Origin: Candidatus Latescibacterota bacterium
Lineage (GTDB): Bacteria > Latescibacterota > UBA2968
Assembly: GCA_965198115.1 (NCBI GenBank)
Contig: OZ240241.1
Coordinates: 1,536,001 to 1,600,000 of the forward strand
Direction of reading: 5' to 3'
DNA length: 64,000 bases
Of this stretch, positions 51,526-61,927 are shown one piece after another. A program made the position numbers and the translations under genes. Below the pieces are notes generated by a model. That model was not told where the DNA came from. It saw nothing but the letters and a program-made list of their open reading frames with translations, and searched no databases. How positions within the stretch are numbered: the first letter of the stretch is position 1; the number at the start of each line of letters is the position of its first letter.

Positions 51526-52575
51526 TCACGTCCTCCGTACGCCTATCATCAGCGCTTTCGCCGGATTCTTCACCATAACCAGCTCGATTTCTTCCTCAGT
51601 GAACCCCGCCTCCCTCATCTGATCCAGGAAGGATTCGAAGATCAACCCGTAGGGAGTAAACTTCCCACCTCCCGGTTCGCCGGGCCGGTACCAGCCCGCG
51701 TCGTGCGACAGGTGAACGTGATCGAGCAGACCGCGCTCCTGCATCGCGAGTAGATGAGCCAGATGTCTTGCTCGCGACTTCTCGCGACACCCATCGAAGG
51801 CAATCCATCCCCCGGCTCGTGCGATCTCTTCGTGCGCGTCGTTGTCCGTCTCGTGCTGCGCGTGCGTCCAGACCCAAGCGCTCGGATGAACGCCCTCCTC
51901 ACGAAGAATCGCGATCTCCTCTCTGGCGGGAACGGCGTAGCCCGTATGGGCGTAGATCGTAAGACCGGTCTGCAAATGGGTTAGCGCTGCCGCACGCACG
52001 AGCTTCGCATCGATCTCGGACAGCGAACCTTTGTCCACGCCGATCTTGATGAACCCCGGCCGGACACCCGTCTCATCGATCCCGTATTCCCATTCCCGCG
52101 TCCACCGATCGGCCAGCGTTTCCGCCGACTCCTCGAAGGCATGAGCCGGTACGTGCTGATCGTTGCGCGCACCGTAATAGCCCGTATTCGTCAGAATGTG
52201 GACATCCGATGCTTCGGACAAACGCTTGAGCAGCAGGGGATCCCGACCGAGGTAGGCGGGCGTGCATTCAATCAGCGTCTGACACCCAAGCCCTCTCGCT
52301 TCGCGGAGATACGGGAGGACGACATCGAACGCATCGTTCGGGTCATACCGGTCGCGTGACGCCTTGCCCGCATCGACGAAGTCAACGAGGATGTGTTCGT
52401 GAGGGAGCGTTACACCCAACGCTTCGGGCGCAACGAGCCCACGCACGGTCATCACACGCCCTGCGGCATCGGGTTCTCGAGAGCCGCACCGTAGGCCCCA
52501 AACGGCGGATCCTACGGCCATGGTACTCGTCTTCAAGAAGGCTCTTCGCCCGATATGTTGACCTGTCTCTACCAT
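51526..52575 (-). CDS. Phosphotriesterase-family protein with Tat signal
   Basis: RRAFLK Tat motif; TLPHEH, GRD, TG.Y, IKIG, HTG, H, LSHDAG, NPA. Confidence 0.9.
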   Translation of the reverse strand: MVETGQHIGRRAFLKTSTMAVGSAVWGLRCGSREPDAAGRVMTVRGLVAPEALGVTLPHEHILVDFVDAGKASRDRYDPNDAFDVVLPYLREARGLGCQTLIECTPAYLGRDPLLLKRLSEASDVHILTNTGYYGARNDQHVPAHAFEESAETLADRWTREWEYGIDETGVRPGFIKIGVDKGSLSEIDAKLVRAAALTHLQTGLTIYAHTGYAVPAREEIAILREEGVHPSAWVWTHAQHETDNDAHEEIARAGGWIAFDGCREKSRARHLAHLLAMQERGLLDHVHLSHDAGWYRPGEPGGGKFTPYGLIFESFLDQMREAGFTEEEIELVMVKNPAKALMIGVRRT

Positions 52576-52731
52576 ATCTGTGCGTCCGAATATCTAAACC
52601 CCCCACTCATCACGCAACGGGAAACCCGCGAACGACCAATCCAGCTTGCGCGACCACGACGCCTCAGGTACTATGGCCCTACTCTTCGTGTTTTTCGAGT
52701 GTTTCGTGACCGGTTTCACCGGGGTAGCAGC

Positions 52732-53919
52732 GTGAGTTACGAACGATTCAAAGCGTGGGCAGCGACGGAGCTCGCCAGCATTCAGGAGGCCGGGCTCTAC
52801 AAACGCGAGAAGGTCATCACGTCACCGCAGGGACCGAGCATTCAAACGGAAGAAGGCGACAACGTCAACTTCTGTGCGAACAACTACCTGGGACTCGCAA
52901 ACCATCCAGACATTATCCAGGCCGCCCGCGATGCCCTCGACACGCACGGATACGGCCTGTCATCCGTCCGATTCATCTGTGGAACACAGAACCTGCACCT
53001 ATCGCTCGAGCGTCGTCTGTCCTCCTTTTTCCGAGCGGATGACACGATCCTCTACTCATCCTGCTTCGACGCCAATGGGGGTCTCTTCGAGACCCTTCTG
53101 GACCCCGAGGATGCAATCCTCAGCGACGCGCTCAACCACGCGAGCATTATCGACGGTGTTCGCCTCTGCAAGGCGAATCGGTTCGTCTTCGCCCACGCCG
53201 ACCTCGTCGATCTGGAGACAAAGCTCAAAGAATCCGCTAACGCACGCTTCCGTCTGATCGCGACCGACGGCGTATTCAGCATGCACGGTGACCTCGCCCC
53301 GTTGGACAAGATCTGTGACCTCGCCGAGCGGTATGATGCCCTCGTGATGGTCGACGACTCTCACGCCACCGGGGTGCTCGGATCGAGCGGACGGGGCACG
53401 GCAGAGCACTTCGGCGTAGGGGACCGGATCGACGTCACGACCAGCACACTCGGCAAGGCGCTCGGGGGCGCATCGGGGGGATTCACGACCGGACGAAAGG
53501 ACCTCATCGCGCTCCTGAGGCAACGGTCACGACCCTACCTGTTCTCGAACACGATCGCACCACCCGTTGCCGCCGGCGCCCTCAAGGCCATCGACATCAT
53601 CGAGTCCGACAGCAGCTTGCTCCAGGCATTGACCGAAAACACCAGCTTCTTCCGGCAAACGATGACCGACCGGGGCTTCGCCATCAAGCCAGGCGTGCAC
53701 CCTATCGTTCCAATCATGATCGGAGACGAGCAAAGGACCGTCGACATGGCCCGGCGTGTAAACGACGAGGGCATCTTCGTCGTCGGCTTCAGCTATCCCG
53801 TCGTACCTCGCGGGGAGGCGCGAATTCGCGTCCAACTCTCCGCCGCCCACACCCGTGGTCAGATCGACCGCGCCATCGATGTCTTCGAGGCCGCTGGCAA
53901 AGCCTCGAGTGTCCTCTGA
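52732..53919 (+). CDS. kbl: Glycine C-acetyltransferase (2-amino-3-ketobutyrate CoA ligase)
   Basis: [71 protein letters not shown]. Confidence 0.95.
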   Translation: MSYERFKAWAATELASIQEAGLYKREKVITSPQGPSIQTEEGDNVNFCANNYLGLANHPDIIQAARDALDTHGYGLSSVRFICGTQNLHLSLERRLSSFFRADDTILYSSCFDANGGLFETLLDPEDAILSDALNHASIIDGVRLCKANRFVFAHADLVDLETKLKESANARFRLIATDGVFSMHGDLAPLDKICDLAERYDALVMVDDSHATGVLGSSGRGTAEHFGVGDRIDVTTSTLGKALGGASGGFTTGRKDLIALLRQRSRPYLFSNTIAPPVAAGALKAIDIIESDSSLLQALTENTSFFRQTMTDRGFAIKPGVHPIVPIMIGDEQRTVDMARRVNDEGIFVVGFSYPVVPRGEARIRVQLSAAHTRGQIDRAIDVFEAAGKASSVL

Positions 53920-54647
53920 TGGCACGAGTCGCGCTCGTCACCGGCGCAGGTCAGGGCATGGGCCGCGCCGTTGCTGAAAAGCTCGCAGCGCAGGGCGCAC
54001 ACGTCGCAGTCAATGACCTCAACTCTGAGACGGCGGACCGAACCGCCCGGTCGCTGACATCCGCCGTCGCAGTTCCAGGCGACGTCACCGACAAGGCCAC
54101 CGTCGAAGAGATCGTTGCGCAGACCACCGATGCTTTCGGCGCGATCGACATTCTCGTCAACAACGCCGGCATCCTCTACCCCACGAAAGTCGAAGCCATC
54201 AGCGAAGACGAATGGGATCGCGTCATCGCGGTCAACCTACGCGCCACGTTCCTGTGTTCACAGGCCGTGCTCCCGGGTATGCGGGCATCCGGTTGGGGCC
54301 GGATCGTCAATTTCTCTTCGACGGCAGGCAAGAGCGTCAGCACCATCGGCGGTGCGCACTACACGGCCGCCAAGACCGGCATCCTGGGATTCACACGTCA
54401 CCTCTCACGCGAGGTCGCGGCCGACGGCATCACCGTCAACGCCGTGTGTCCCGGCCTCATCGATACCGAAATGGTCCAATCCACGATCCCAGCCGAGAAG
54501 GTCCGCGCCTATGCCGACAGCTTTCCCATCCCACGTCTCGGGCGGCCCGGCGAGGTCGCCGATCTCGTCGCTTTCCTCGCATCCGACGAAGCAGCTTACA
54601 TCACAGGGGCCTCGCTGGACATCAACGGCGGCGATTTGACGATCTGA
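53919..54647 (+). CDS. Short-chain dehydrogenase/reductase
   Basis: TGAGQGMG, NNAG, Y.AAK, VNAVCPG.I.T. Confidence 0.93.
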   Translation: MARVALVTGAGQGMGRAVAEKLAAQGAHVAVNDLNSETADRTARSLTSAVAVPGDVTDKATVEEIVAQTTDAFGAIDILVNNAGILYPTKVEAISEDEWDRVIAVNLRATFLCSQAVLPGMRASGWGRIVNFSSTAGKSVSTIGGAHYTAAKTGILGFTRHLSREVAADGITVNAVCPGLIDTEMVQSTIPAEKVRAYADSFPIPRLGRPGEVADLVAFLASDEAAYITGASLDINGGDLTI

Positions 54648-54690
54648 TCCGGACTCACCGTATCACCACGTTCTGAACAAAGGAGCCACC

Positions 54691-55530
54691 TTGTCCACCG
54701 AGTTGAAGGATCGATGGCGAACGGAATTCGAGGAGGCGGATGTCGGAACCATCCGGGATTGGCTGGCCCAGGATCCGGGACTCGTGTCCGAGCGCGTCGA
54801 CAGCACGCTGAAAAGCGGATCCACCCGCACCTGGGGACCTCTCTTTGCAGCCAGTGTCCAACTCAAGTCCCTGGAAAAGGTCAGAGCGCTGGTCGAAGCC
54901 GGAGCAGACCTTCAGAACAGCGATCTGGGAACGCACTGGCCCACGGACATCTATGCGATCAACGAATATTTCGTCGAGCAGGGCGTCAATGTGAACCAGC
55001 CCAGCTATTTGGGCTTTCACGCGATCGGCGTCTGTGGTCTGGACACCTTCTACCTGATGGTCGAAAATGGTCTGGATCCGAACTACGCCTGGCCCTACAA
55101 CGGCGAGACTCCGCTGCACGTCCAGGCAAGGGAAGACAATGACACCCATCTCGCCCGAGCCTACGGCCTCATCAAGGCGGGTGCCAACGTCAACGCGCCA
55201 ACGCTGTCTGGCCTGGACGACGAGCCCATCATGGACAACGAACACTTCGTGAGATACGGCAAGGAGACACCCCTCCACTTCGCCGCTCGGCTGGGAAATC
55301 CTCAACACACTCGGCTACTACTCACCCACGGAGCGGACCCCACGCTCAAGACCGTCAGCAGAGTCGTCGATCCGCAGGCATTCGAACCGTGGAAGGGTGA
55401 GGTCACCTCGCTAACGTGGCCAAAAAAGGATTTCAGGCGAACGTTGTTCGAGCCCTATGAAGGTGAAACCGCACTCGACATGGCCGTTCGAGAAGGTCAC
55501 CAGAAGATCGAGCAGATCCTCAGGTCCTAA
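54691..55530 (+). CDS. Ankyrin-repeat protein
   Basis: GETPLH, ETPLHFAA, LL.HGADP, GETALDMA. Confidence 0.85.
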   Translation: MSTELKDRWRTEFEEADVGTIRDWLAQDPGLVSERVDSTLKSGSTRTWGPLFAASVQLKSLEKVRALVEAGADLQNSDLGTHWPTDIYAINEYFVEQGVNVNQPSYLGFHAIGVCGLDTFYLMVENGLDPNYAWPYNGETPLHVQAREDNDTHLARAYGLIKAGANVNAPTLSGLDDEPIMDNEHFVRYGKETPLHFAARLGNPQHTRLLLTHGADPTLKTVSRVVDPQAFEPWKGEVTSLTWPKKDFRRTLFEPYEGETALDMAVREGHQKIEQILRS

Positions 55531-55599
55531 AGTCCATAATCACCATCGCTCCGGGCCAGCGGCGCAAAGCTCTGGCGGCTGACGTGGACGGCAGGATCT

Positions 55600-55643
55600 A
55601 CTTGCCTTCTCACTTCTCCCTTCTTACTTCTCCCTCTCTTACG
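55600..55643. repeat. Heptamer repeat (CTTCTC/TN)n
   Basis: CTTCTCA CTTCTCC CTTCTTA CTTCTCC CTCTCTTA. Confidence 0.7.
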
Positions 55644-55652
55644 GGGTAAACC

Positions 55653-56798
55653 ATGAAGATCACCGACGTCAAAACCTTCATCGTTCATCCGAAGACCGGC
55701 AAGAACCTCTGCTTCGTTAAGATCGAGACTGACGAGGGTATCCACGGCTGGGGCGAGGCCTACACCCAGGCCGATCGAGTCATAACCATCGAGTCGCACA
55801 TCGACCAGCTCGCCCGCTATTTGAAAGGCCGATCCCCGTTCGAGATCAAACACTTCACCTTCTGGGCCTACACGGACTTCGGCGGGAAGCGTGGTGCGAT
55901 GGATCTCTATTGTGCCATCAGTGGGATCGAACACGCTCTTTGGGACATCGTCGGAAAGGCCTCGGGACAGCCCGTCTACAACCTGTTGGGTGGCCCCTGT
56001 CGGGAGAAAATCCGTGTTTACGCGAACGGATGGGGCGGGGGCGGCGACCTCGACACGCTCGCTCGAGCCGCAGAGAAAACGGTCGCGCGAGGATTCACCG
56101 CGCTCAAGTTCGACCCCTTCCCCAGTCCCTGGCGCGCCTACATCGACCGGACGCAGGAAGACATCGCGGTCGAACGCGTCAAAACGGTGCGAGAAGCCGT
56201 CGGGCCCGACGTCGAGATTCTCGTCGAAGTTCATCGCCGCCTCGCACCCATGCACGCTGTACGTGTCGCCCGGTGCATCGAGAAATACCGTCCATTCTGG
56301 TACGAAGAGCCCGTCTCATCACGCGATCTCGACAGTCTCGCTGAAGCGCGCAGCCAGATCAACATCCCGGTCGTCACGGGCGAAGAGCTTTACCTGAAGC
56401 AGGAGTTCAAGACAGCTTTTGAGAAACGTGCGGCCGACATCATCAACCCGGACATCGGCGCCTGCGGCGGTATCCTCGAAATTCGAGAAATCGCCGCGAT
56501 GGCCGAAACCTATCACGTCGCGGTTTCCCCGCACAACTACAACAGCACGACGCTCGGGCGCGCCGCAACCATCAACGCCGCTGCATCCATGCCCAACTTC
56601 ATCATCACCGAATACTTCGTGAACCTCGAGCCCCTCGGCCAGGACATCGCCACAACTCCTTTCGAGGTCGTCGACAGTCATATCGCCCTACCCGACCGAC
56701 CTGGACTCGGAATCGAGCTGGACGAAGAAGCGCTTGCACGCTACCCCTACGAGCCCTTCCCGGATAGAAACATCCGCCGCTCTGCTGATGAAGCCTGA
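55653..56798 (+). CDS. Mandelate racemase/galactonate dehydratase-like enolase-superfamily enzyme
   Basis: TDEGIHGWGE, AISGIE.ALWDI.GK, KFDP, EVH, EEP, TGE, PD...CGG, PH, P..PGLG. Confidence 0.9.
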   Translation: MKITDVKTFIVHPKTGKNLCFVKIETDEGIHGWGEAYTQADRVITIESHIDQLARYLKGRSPFEIKHFTFWAYTDFGGKRGAMDLYCAISGIEHALWDIVGKASGQPVYNLLGGPCREKIRVYANGWGGGGDLDTLARAAEKTVARGFTALKFDPFPSPWRAYIDRTQEDIAVERVKTVREAVGPDVEILVEVHRRLAPMHAVRVARCIEKYRPFWYEEPVSSRDLDSLAEARSQINIPVVTGEELYLKQEFKTAFEKRAADIINPDIGACGGILEIREIAAMAETYHVAVSPHNYNSTTLGRAATINAAASMPNFIITEYFVNLEPLGQDIATTPFEVVDSHIALPDRPGLGIELDEEALARYPYEPFPDRNIRRSADEA

Positions 56799-56853
56799 AA
56801 CGATACCTGAGACACTCAACACTGGTTGAAGACCCGTTCGGTTCGAGCGGAGA

Positions 56854-57807
56854 ATGAGTAAAACCATCCCACAGAACATCGACTACGACTCGGCGCTTTC
56901 CCATCTGGAGGATCAGGGCTATGTGGTGATCCACAACGTCCTGTCACCCGATCAGCTGGCCGCAGCGCGCTCGGCGGTAGACGCGCTTTTCGCAACCGAG
57001 CGGGAAAGTCCGTTCGATCCGGGCGAGGGAACTCCCACTGCAGAAGACGCGGAGATCGAAGCCTATCTGGCCAGGAGTTATCCCATCACTCGGGCAGAAT
57101 TGCGCCGGCTCATCCGACGAATCCGCCACGACCGGGAACTCAACCACGACACACCCTGGCCAGTTCCGATCGAAGAGGTGGTCAAGCTCTTTCTCCATCT
57201 ACCAACGCTCTTCGACCACGATCGGTCCCAACGCATATGGAACCTCCTGGCCAAAGACAAGGCGGTTGCCGACCTCATCGAGCATCCGACCGTATTACGA
57301 CTGGTACACGCCATCCTCGGGTCCGACTGTGTACTCTCCGACTGCAGCGCTACGAGTGTCGGGCCTCACACAGAAGGCGGCGCCTGGCACGTGGACGTGC
57401 CGCTCGGACAACTGCCGGAGCCCTTACCCGACTTTCCCCTGACGACTCAGAACGTCTTTATGCTGGACGACTTCACGGAGGAAAACGGTGCGACGCGGAT
57501 CGTTCCCGAAAGCCACCTGACCCGCAAAAAGCCCCAATGGAAGAAACACGGTGGGGAACAGCTGGACGAGGTGGCGCTGACAGGGCCCGCCGGGTCGCTG
57601 GCCCTCTGGCTGTCGAACACCTGGCATCGACACGGGCCCAATTCCACCGACCGACCTCGACGGGCCATCCTGGCCTACTATTGCCGCTCCTGGATCAAGC
57701 CGTTCACCGATTACCGGACGGTCGTTCCCCCGGACGAAGTCCCGAAGTATTCACCTCTAGTGCGTTATCTGATGGGATTTTCTTCCAATCCGCCATCTCG
57801 CGGATGA
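56854..57807 (+). CDS. Phytanoyl-CoA dioxygenase (PhyH) family oxygenase
   Basis: GYVVI, WHVD, LDDFT.ENGAT..VP.SH, WH. Confidence 0.9.
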   Translation: MSKTIPQNIDYDSALSHLEDQGYVVIHNVLSPDQLAAARSAVDALFATERESPFDPGEGTPTAEDAEIEAYLARSYPITRAELRRLIRRIRHDRELNHDTPWPVPIEEVVKLFLHLPTLFDHDRSQRIWNLLAKDKAVADLIEHPTVLRLVHAILGSDCVLSDCSATSVGPHTEGGAWHVDVPLGQLPEPLPDFPLTTQNVFMLDDFTEENGATRIVPESHLTRKKPQWKKHGGEQLDEVALTGPAGSLALWLSNTWHRHGPNSTDRPRRAILAYYCRSWIKPFTDYRTVVPPDEVPKYSPLVRYLMGFSSNPPSRG

Positions 57808-57844
57808 GACGGAACTTCGGAGACGAACTCGGAGGAGGTGGCCG

Positions 57845-58837
57845 ATGAAAACCCACGTGTTCAACAGCGGTCAGGATGGCTACAACACGTATCGCATACC
57901 CGCGCTTCTTACTGCGCAGAACGGCGATCTTCTCGCGTTCTGCGAAGGCCGTCGAAACACCCCGCGTGATTACGGCGATATCGATCTCCTCGTCAAACGA
58001 TCGAGTGATGGAGGCCAGTCCTGGTCGCCGCAGCAAGTCGTCCACGCCGAGACGGGGGACGTCACAATCGGCAATCCGTGCCCCGTTCTCGATCGCCACA
58101 CCGGCGTCATCTGGATGCTCTTCTGTCGGGACAATATCGACGTGTTCGTCACCCAGAGCGATGATGACGGCCATACCTGGAGTCGGCCAATCGACATCGG
58201 CGCGATGGTTAAACACGAGGACTGGAGCTGGTATGCCACCGGGCCCGGTGTCGGCATCCAGCTGGAGCGAGGACCCCACAAGGGTCGCCTCGTGGTTCCC
58301 TGCGACCATCGGCGCAACACGACCTACGGCAATGGTTCACACGTTGTTTACAGCGACGACCACGGCCAAACCTGGCGAATGAGTGGAATCATCAAACCGG
58401 GCGCGAACGAGTGCCAGGTCGGGGAACTCGCGGATGGAACGCTCATGATGAACATCCGCTTGCAGACTCACAGCCGTGGGTTTCGTGGCGTGTCCACGAG
58501 CCAGGATGGCGGCCAAACGTGGACGGACCTCATTCACGAGGAGCAGCTGTTGTGCCCCAAGTGCCAGGCCGCGTTCGTCGCCGACGGCCGCTCTCTTCTG
58601 TTTTCCAACCCGGTGCCTTCGACCCTGCCCGATTCCGAGAAGGGCGAGCGCTTCAATCTTGTCGTGCGGCGAAGTGTGGACGGCGGCAAAACGTGGAACG
58701 ACCTCACGGTCCTGCATCCCGGGCCAGCGGCCTATTCCTCTCTCCTCTTCTTGTCTCCGGATGAGGCAGCCTGTCTCTACGAAGCCGGAGAAGAGGACTT
58801 CCGGGAGCACCTGGTCTTCCAGCGGTTCCCTGTATAG
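57845..58837 (+). CDS. Sialidase (GH33)-like BNR-repeat protein
   Basis: YRIP motif; Asp-boxes SSDGGQSW, SDDDGHTW, SDDHGQTW, SQDGGQTW, SVDGGKTW; AYS, YE. Confidence 0.9.
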   Translation: MKTHVFNSGQDGYNTYRIPALLTAQNGDLLAFCEGRRNTPRDYGDIDLLVKRSSDGGQSWSPQQVVHAETGDVTIGNPCPVLDRHTGVIWMLFCRDNIDVFVTQSDDDGHTWSRPIDIGAMVKHEDWSWYATGPGVGIQLERGPHKGRLVVPCDHRRNTTYGNGSHVVYSDDHGQTWRMSGIIKPGANECQVGELADGTLMMNIRLQTHSRGFRGVSTSQDGGQTWTDLIHEEQLLCPKCQAAFVADGRSLLFSNPVPSTLPDSEKGERFNLVVRRSVDGGKTWNDLTVLHPGPAAYSSLLFLSPDEAACLYEAGEEDFREHLVFQRFPV

Positions 58838-59032
58838 TCAGAATCGCGGCTAGGAAGCTGCTCCCACCAAAACCTCGCGATTCAATTGCCACGCCGCGCG
58901 CTCGTACATAACTCTTCCAAATCTTAAACATCAGAAGTCTCAATTTCCCCTCCGCTACCTAATCCGGTAGTCTCCTACTGTAGTCCAGTCGCTTGGAAAC
59001 TCCGACCTTCCCTGCCCATAAAGGAGGTTGTC

Positions 59033-60310
59033 GTGCCGGTCAAAGCAATCGTCGGGGCCAACTGGGGAGACGAGGGCAAGGGCAAGATCACAGACCACTT
59101 CGCAGCGGAAGCCGACATCGTCGTCCGCTTCCAGGGTGGGTCCAACGCCGGCCACACCGTCATCAACGAGTTCGGCAAGTTTGCACTTCACATCATGCCG
59201 TCGGGCGTCTTCTACCCGCACGTCACCAACGTCATCGGGCCCGGCGTTGCCCTCGACCTCTCATCTCTGTTCACCGAGCTGGACGAACTTGCGAAACGCG
59301 GGGTCCCTGCCCCTGCGGTCCGCGTCTCGGATCGCGCGCAAATCCTTCTCCCGATTCATCGCCTCCTCGACGCCTATGAAGAGGAACGACTCGGCGCGCG
59401 CGCCTTCGGTTCCACGAAGAGCGGCATCGCCCCGTTCTACGCCGACAAAGCACTCAAGGTCGGGGTCCAGGTCAACGAGATCTTCGACGAGGGCCATCTC
59501 GCCGATCGCCTGGGTCGCACTCTTGCCGTCAAGAATGCCCTGATCCAAAACATTTACGGCAAGGACCCTGTCGCACCATCCGAACTCGTGAACCATTGCC
59601 TGTCCTACCGTGACTGTCTCGAGCCACTGGTGTGTGACACGACCGAATTGCTCCACCGCGCCCTGGCCGATAATCAGCGCATTCTGCTCGAGGGTCAGCT
59701 CGGCGCCCTCCGTGATCCCGATCACGGTCTACATCCGTTTCCGACCTCATCCTCTCCTATAGGAGGCTATGCTACCGTAGGCGCTGGCGTTCCGCCGTAT
59801 GCCATCACCCAAATTCTGGCAGTCACCAAGGCCTACTCCAGCTGCGTTGGCGCAGGCCCTTTCGTGACCGAACTCGTCGGAGACGATGCGGACGAACTTC
59901 GCAAGCGTGGGGGCGACGCTGGTGAGTACGGCGCAACGACCGGCCGTCCGCGAAGGGTTGGATGGTTCGATGCAGTCGCCACCCGCTACGGATGCCGGAT
60001 TCAGGGCGCCACGGCCGTTGCTCTGACCAATCTCGACGTTCTCGGCTACCTCGATCGCATTCCCGTTTGTACAGCCTACCGCGTCGAGGGCGACCCTATC
60101 GACCGGTTTCCCGTCTCCCGTCTCCTCGACGGCGCAGAACCGGTGTTCGAAAACCTCGAAGGATGGCGATCCGACCTGAGCAGCGCCACCACGTTCGACG
60201 AGCTTCCGGTTGCCGCGCAGGCCTATGTGAACCGGATCGAATCGATGATCGAACTACCCATAAGTTGCGTCTCCGTCGGGCCGCATCGCGACCAGCTGAT
60301 ATCGCGGTAA
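59033..60310 (+). CDS. purA: Adenylosuccinate synthetase
   Basis: GANWGDEGKGK, GG.NAGHT, GSTK.GI.P.Y.DK, EYGATTGRPRRVGWFD, SVGP.R. Confidence 0.98.
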   Translation: MPVKAIVGANWGDEGKGKITDHFAAEADIVVRFQGGSNAGHTVINEFGKFALHIMPSGVFYPHVTNVIGPGVALDLSSLFTELDELAKRGVPAPAVRVSDRAQILLPIHRLLDAYEEERLGARAFGSTKSGIAPFYADKALKVGVQVNEIFDEGHLADRLGRTLAVKNALIQNIYGKDPVAPSELVNHCLSYRDCLEPLVCDTTELLHRALADNQRILLEGQLGALRDPDHGLHPFPTSSSPIGGYATVGAGVPPYAITQILAVTKAYSSCVGAGPFVTELVGDDADELRKRGGDAGEYGATTGRPRRVGWFDAVATRYGCRIQGATAVALTNLDVLGYLDRIPVCTAYRVEGDPIDRFPVSRLLDGAEPVFENLEGWRSDLSSATTFDELPVAAQAYVNRIESMIELPISCVSVGPHRDQLISR

Positions 60311-60389
60311 CGGCCTGATTCCGGTCGGGGCTGAATCAGCTAATGCTTATATTGGGCAAGACCTTTCCGCCGTCGGGACGGGGAAACCC

Positions 60390-61385
60390 ATGCCGCCATT
60401 CGACCTCGACATCGCACGCGAAGGCCTGACCGACGGTTTCGTCGATCGGCTGCAGAACCGAATTCGCGCCTGCCTTCTTCCAGCCGCCGAAGAGTATTTC
60501 GCCGGCGGCGGGACGGCCTATACCCAGAATCCGCTCTCGATGGAGCGGGAGGAAATGGCCGTCCGCTACTTCGACACCCAGCCCTGCGCCATCTCTCTCC
60601 TGGGTCGAATGGGATCCGAAGGGAACGAACAGGCAGACATGCTCGCGCGGCGTCTGTTCGACAACGCCGCCTACTACCTCGATGAGTGGCGCTCTCGCGA
60701 AGGCTACACGGCTCCCCTCCGTCGGTCGTTGCTACACCTCGCCGTTTGCTATGAAGCCATGAAAGACCTCGTCGATCCCGGTATGGCCAACCGTTGGCGC
60801 GCAACGGTCCTCCGTGCCACGGACGACGTCCTTTTTGACTTCGACAATGTCGAACAGGAAGCACCCACGGCAGGAGCTGTAGCGCTCGACGCTCGGATTG
60901 TGCACGGCGCCATCTCGGCTGAAGGGGTCTGGCAGGTTTGTAAGATCTTTGGACGGAGCGAATGGAGGGCTCGCGTCGAAGTCTTTGTCGATACCCTGGT
61001 TCAACGGCTCACGAAAGGTGACTTCGTCGGCAGCGGAGGCGATCCTTCAACGCTTCACAGCGCGACCAAGACGATGGGATGTGCATTCCTCGTCCAAAAG
61101 TGGCGTGGATCCGACGATCTGGAGTCATTTGAGCGGTTTGGAACACGCCACCGTGAATCGCGTTTGGAAAACCTGACCGGGGATACACCGACCTCCGGAG
61201 GGATGGAAGCCTACGGCGTCGCACTCCAGAGTCGGAATCCGCAGGGCCGGGGATTTCTACGGCTGGCATTGGATGCCGACACCGGGATCTTCGACTACGA
61301 GAGCGCCGGACTAGAGCGCTTGTCACGGCTCTCTTTCGAACTCGATTACTGTGAACGCGGGGAGGGCGCCGTCCCGGATTCCTGA
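60390..61385 (+). CDS. Hypothetical protein
   Basis: 331-aa ORF with host-like codon pattern; no motif recognised. Confidence 0.6.
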   Translation: MPPFDLDIAREGLTDGFVDRLQNRIRACLLPAAEEYFAGGGTAYTQNPLSMEREEMAVRYFDTQPCAISLLGRMGSEGNEQADMLARRLFDNAAYYLDEWRSREGYTAPLRRSLLHLAVCYEAMKDLVDPGMANRWRATVLRATDDVLFDFDNVEQEAPTAGAVALDARIVHGAISAEGVWQVCKIFGRSEWRARVEVFVDTLVQRLTKGDFVGSGGDPSTLHSATKTMGCAFLVQKWRGSDDLESFERFGTRHRESRLENLTGDTPTSGGMEAYGVALQSRNPQGRGFLRLALDADTGIFDYESAGLERLSRLSFELDYCERGEGAVPDS

Positions 61386-61465
61386 TCGTTCGACACAAAC
61401 CCCCGTCCCATGTGGAGCGCAGCCTCGTCATCACCATCACCGTTCAACGCTAACATACAAAGACC

Positions 61466-61927
61466 ATGCTCTCCCTCCGGAAAGCCACCCCCGCAGACAA
61501 AGCCTTCGCCTACGAAGTCAGGAAATCTGCCCTCGGTGAGTACATCAGTCGGACGTGGGGTTGGGACGAATCCTTCCAGTTCCACCATCACGAACGGGAC
61601 TATGATCACCACACCACACAGGTCATCACGCTCGACGGCCGGGACATCGGGATCTTGCGTGTGCGTCGCGAAACGGACGCCCATCACCTCGATCAGATCC
61701 TGATCCTCCCGCTCTACCAGGGACGCGGCTACGGTTCCCAGCTCATCCGGTCCCTCCTCGACGAGTGCAGGGCCCTGGTCAAGCCGCTCCGGCTCCAATA
61801 CCTCGACACCAACCCCGCTGGCAGGCTCTACGAACGCCTCGGATTCAGGCAGGTCGGTGAGAATCCGCCTCATCGCCTCGCTGAATGGACCCCTTCTGTG
61901 CCCGAAGACGCTCGGACCACCGAGTGA
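61466..61927 (+). CDS. GNAT acetyltransferase
   Basis: P.YQGRGYGS, NPA.RLYERLGF. Confidence 0.9.
   Translation: MLSLRKATPADKAFAYEVRKSALGEYISRTWGWDESFQFHHHERDYDHHTTQVITLDGRDIGILRVRRETDAHHLDQILILPLYQGRGYGSQLIRSLLDECRALVKPLRLQYLDTNPAGRLYERLGFRQVGENPPHRLAEWTPSVPEDARTTE

Noticed and set aside
58850-59030. Purine riboswitch upstream of purA
   Set aside because: No recognisable aptamer core or terminator; an Rfam scan would be needed.
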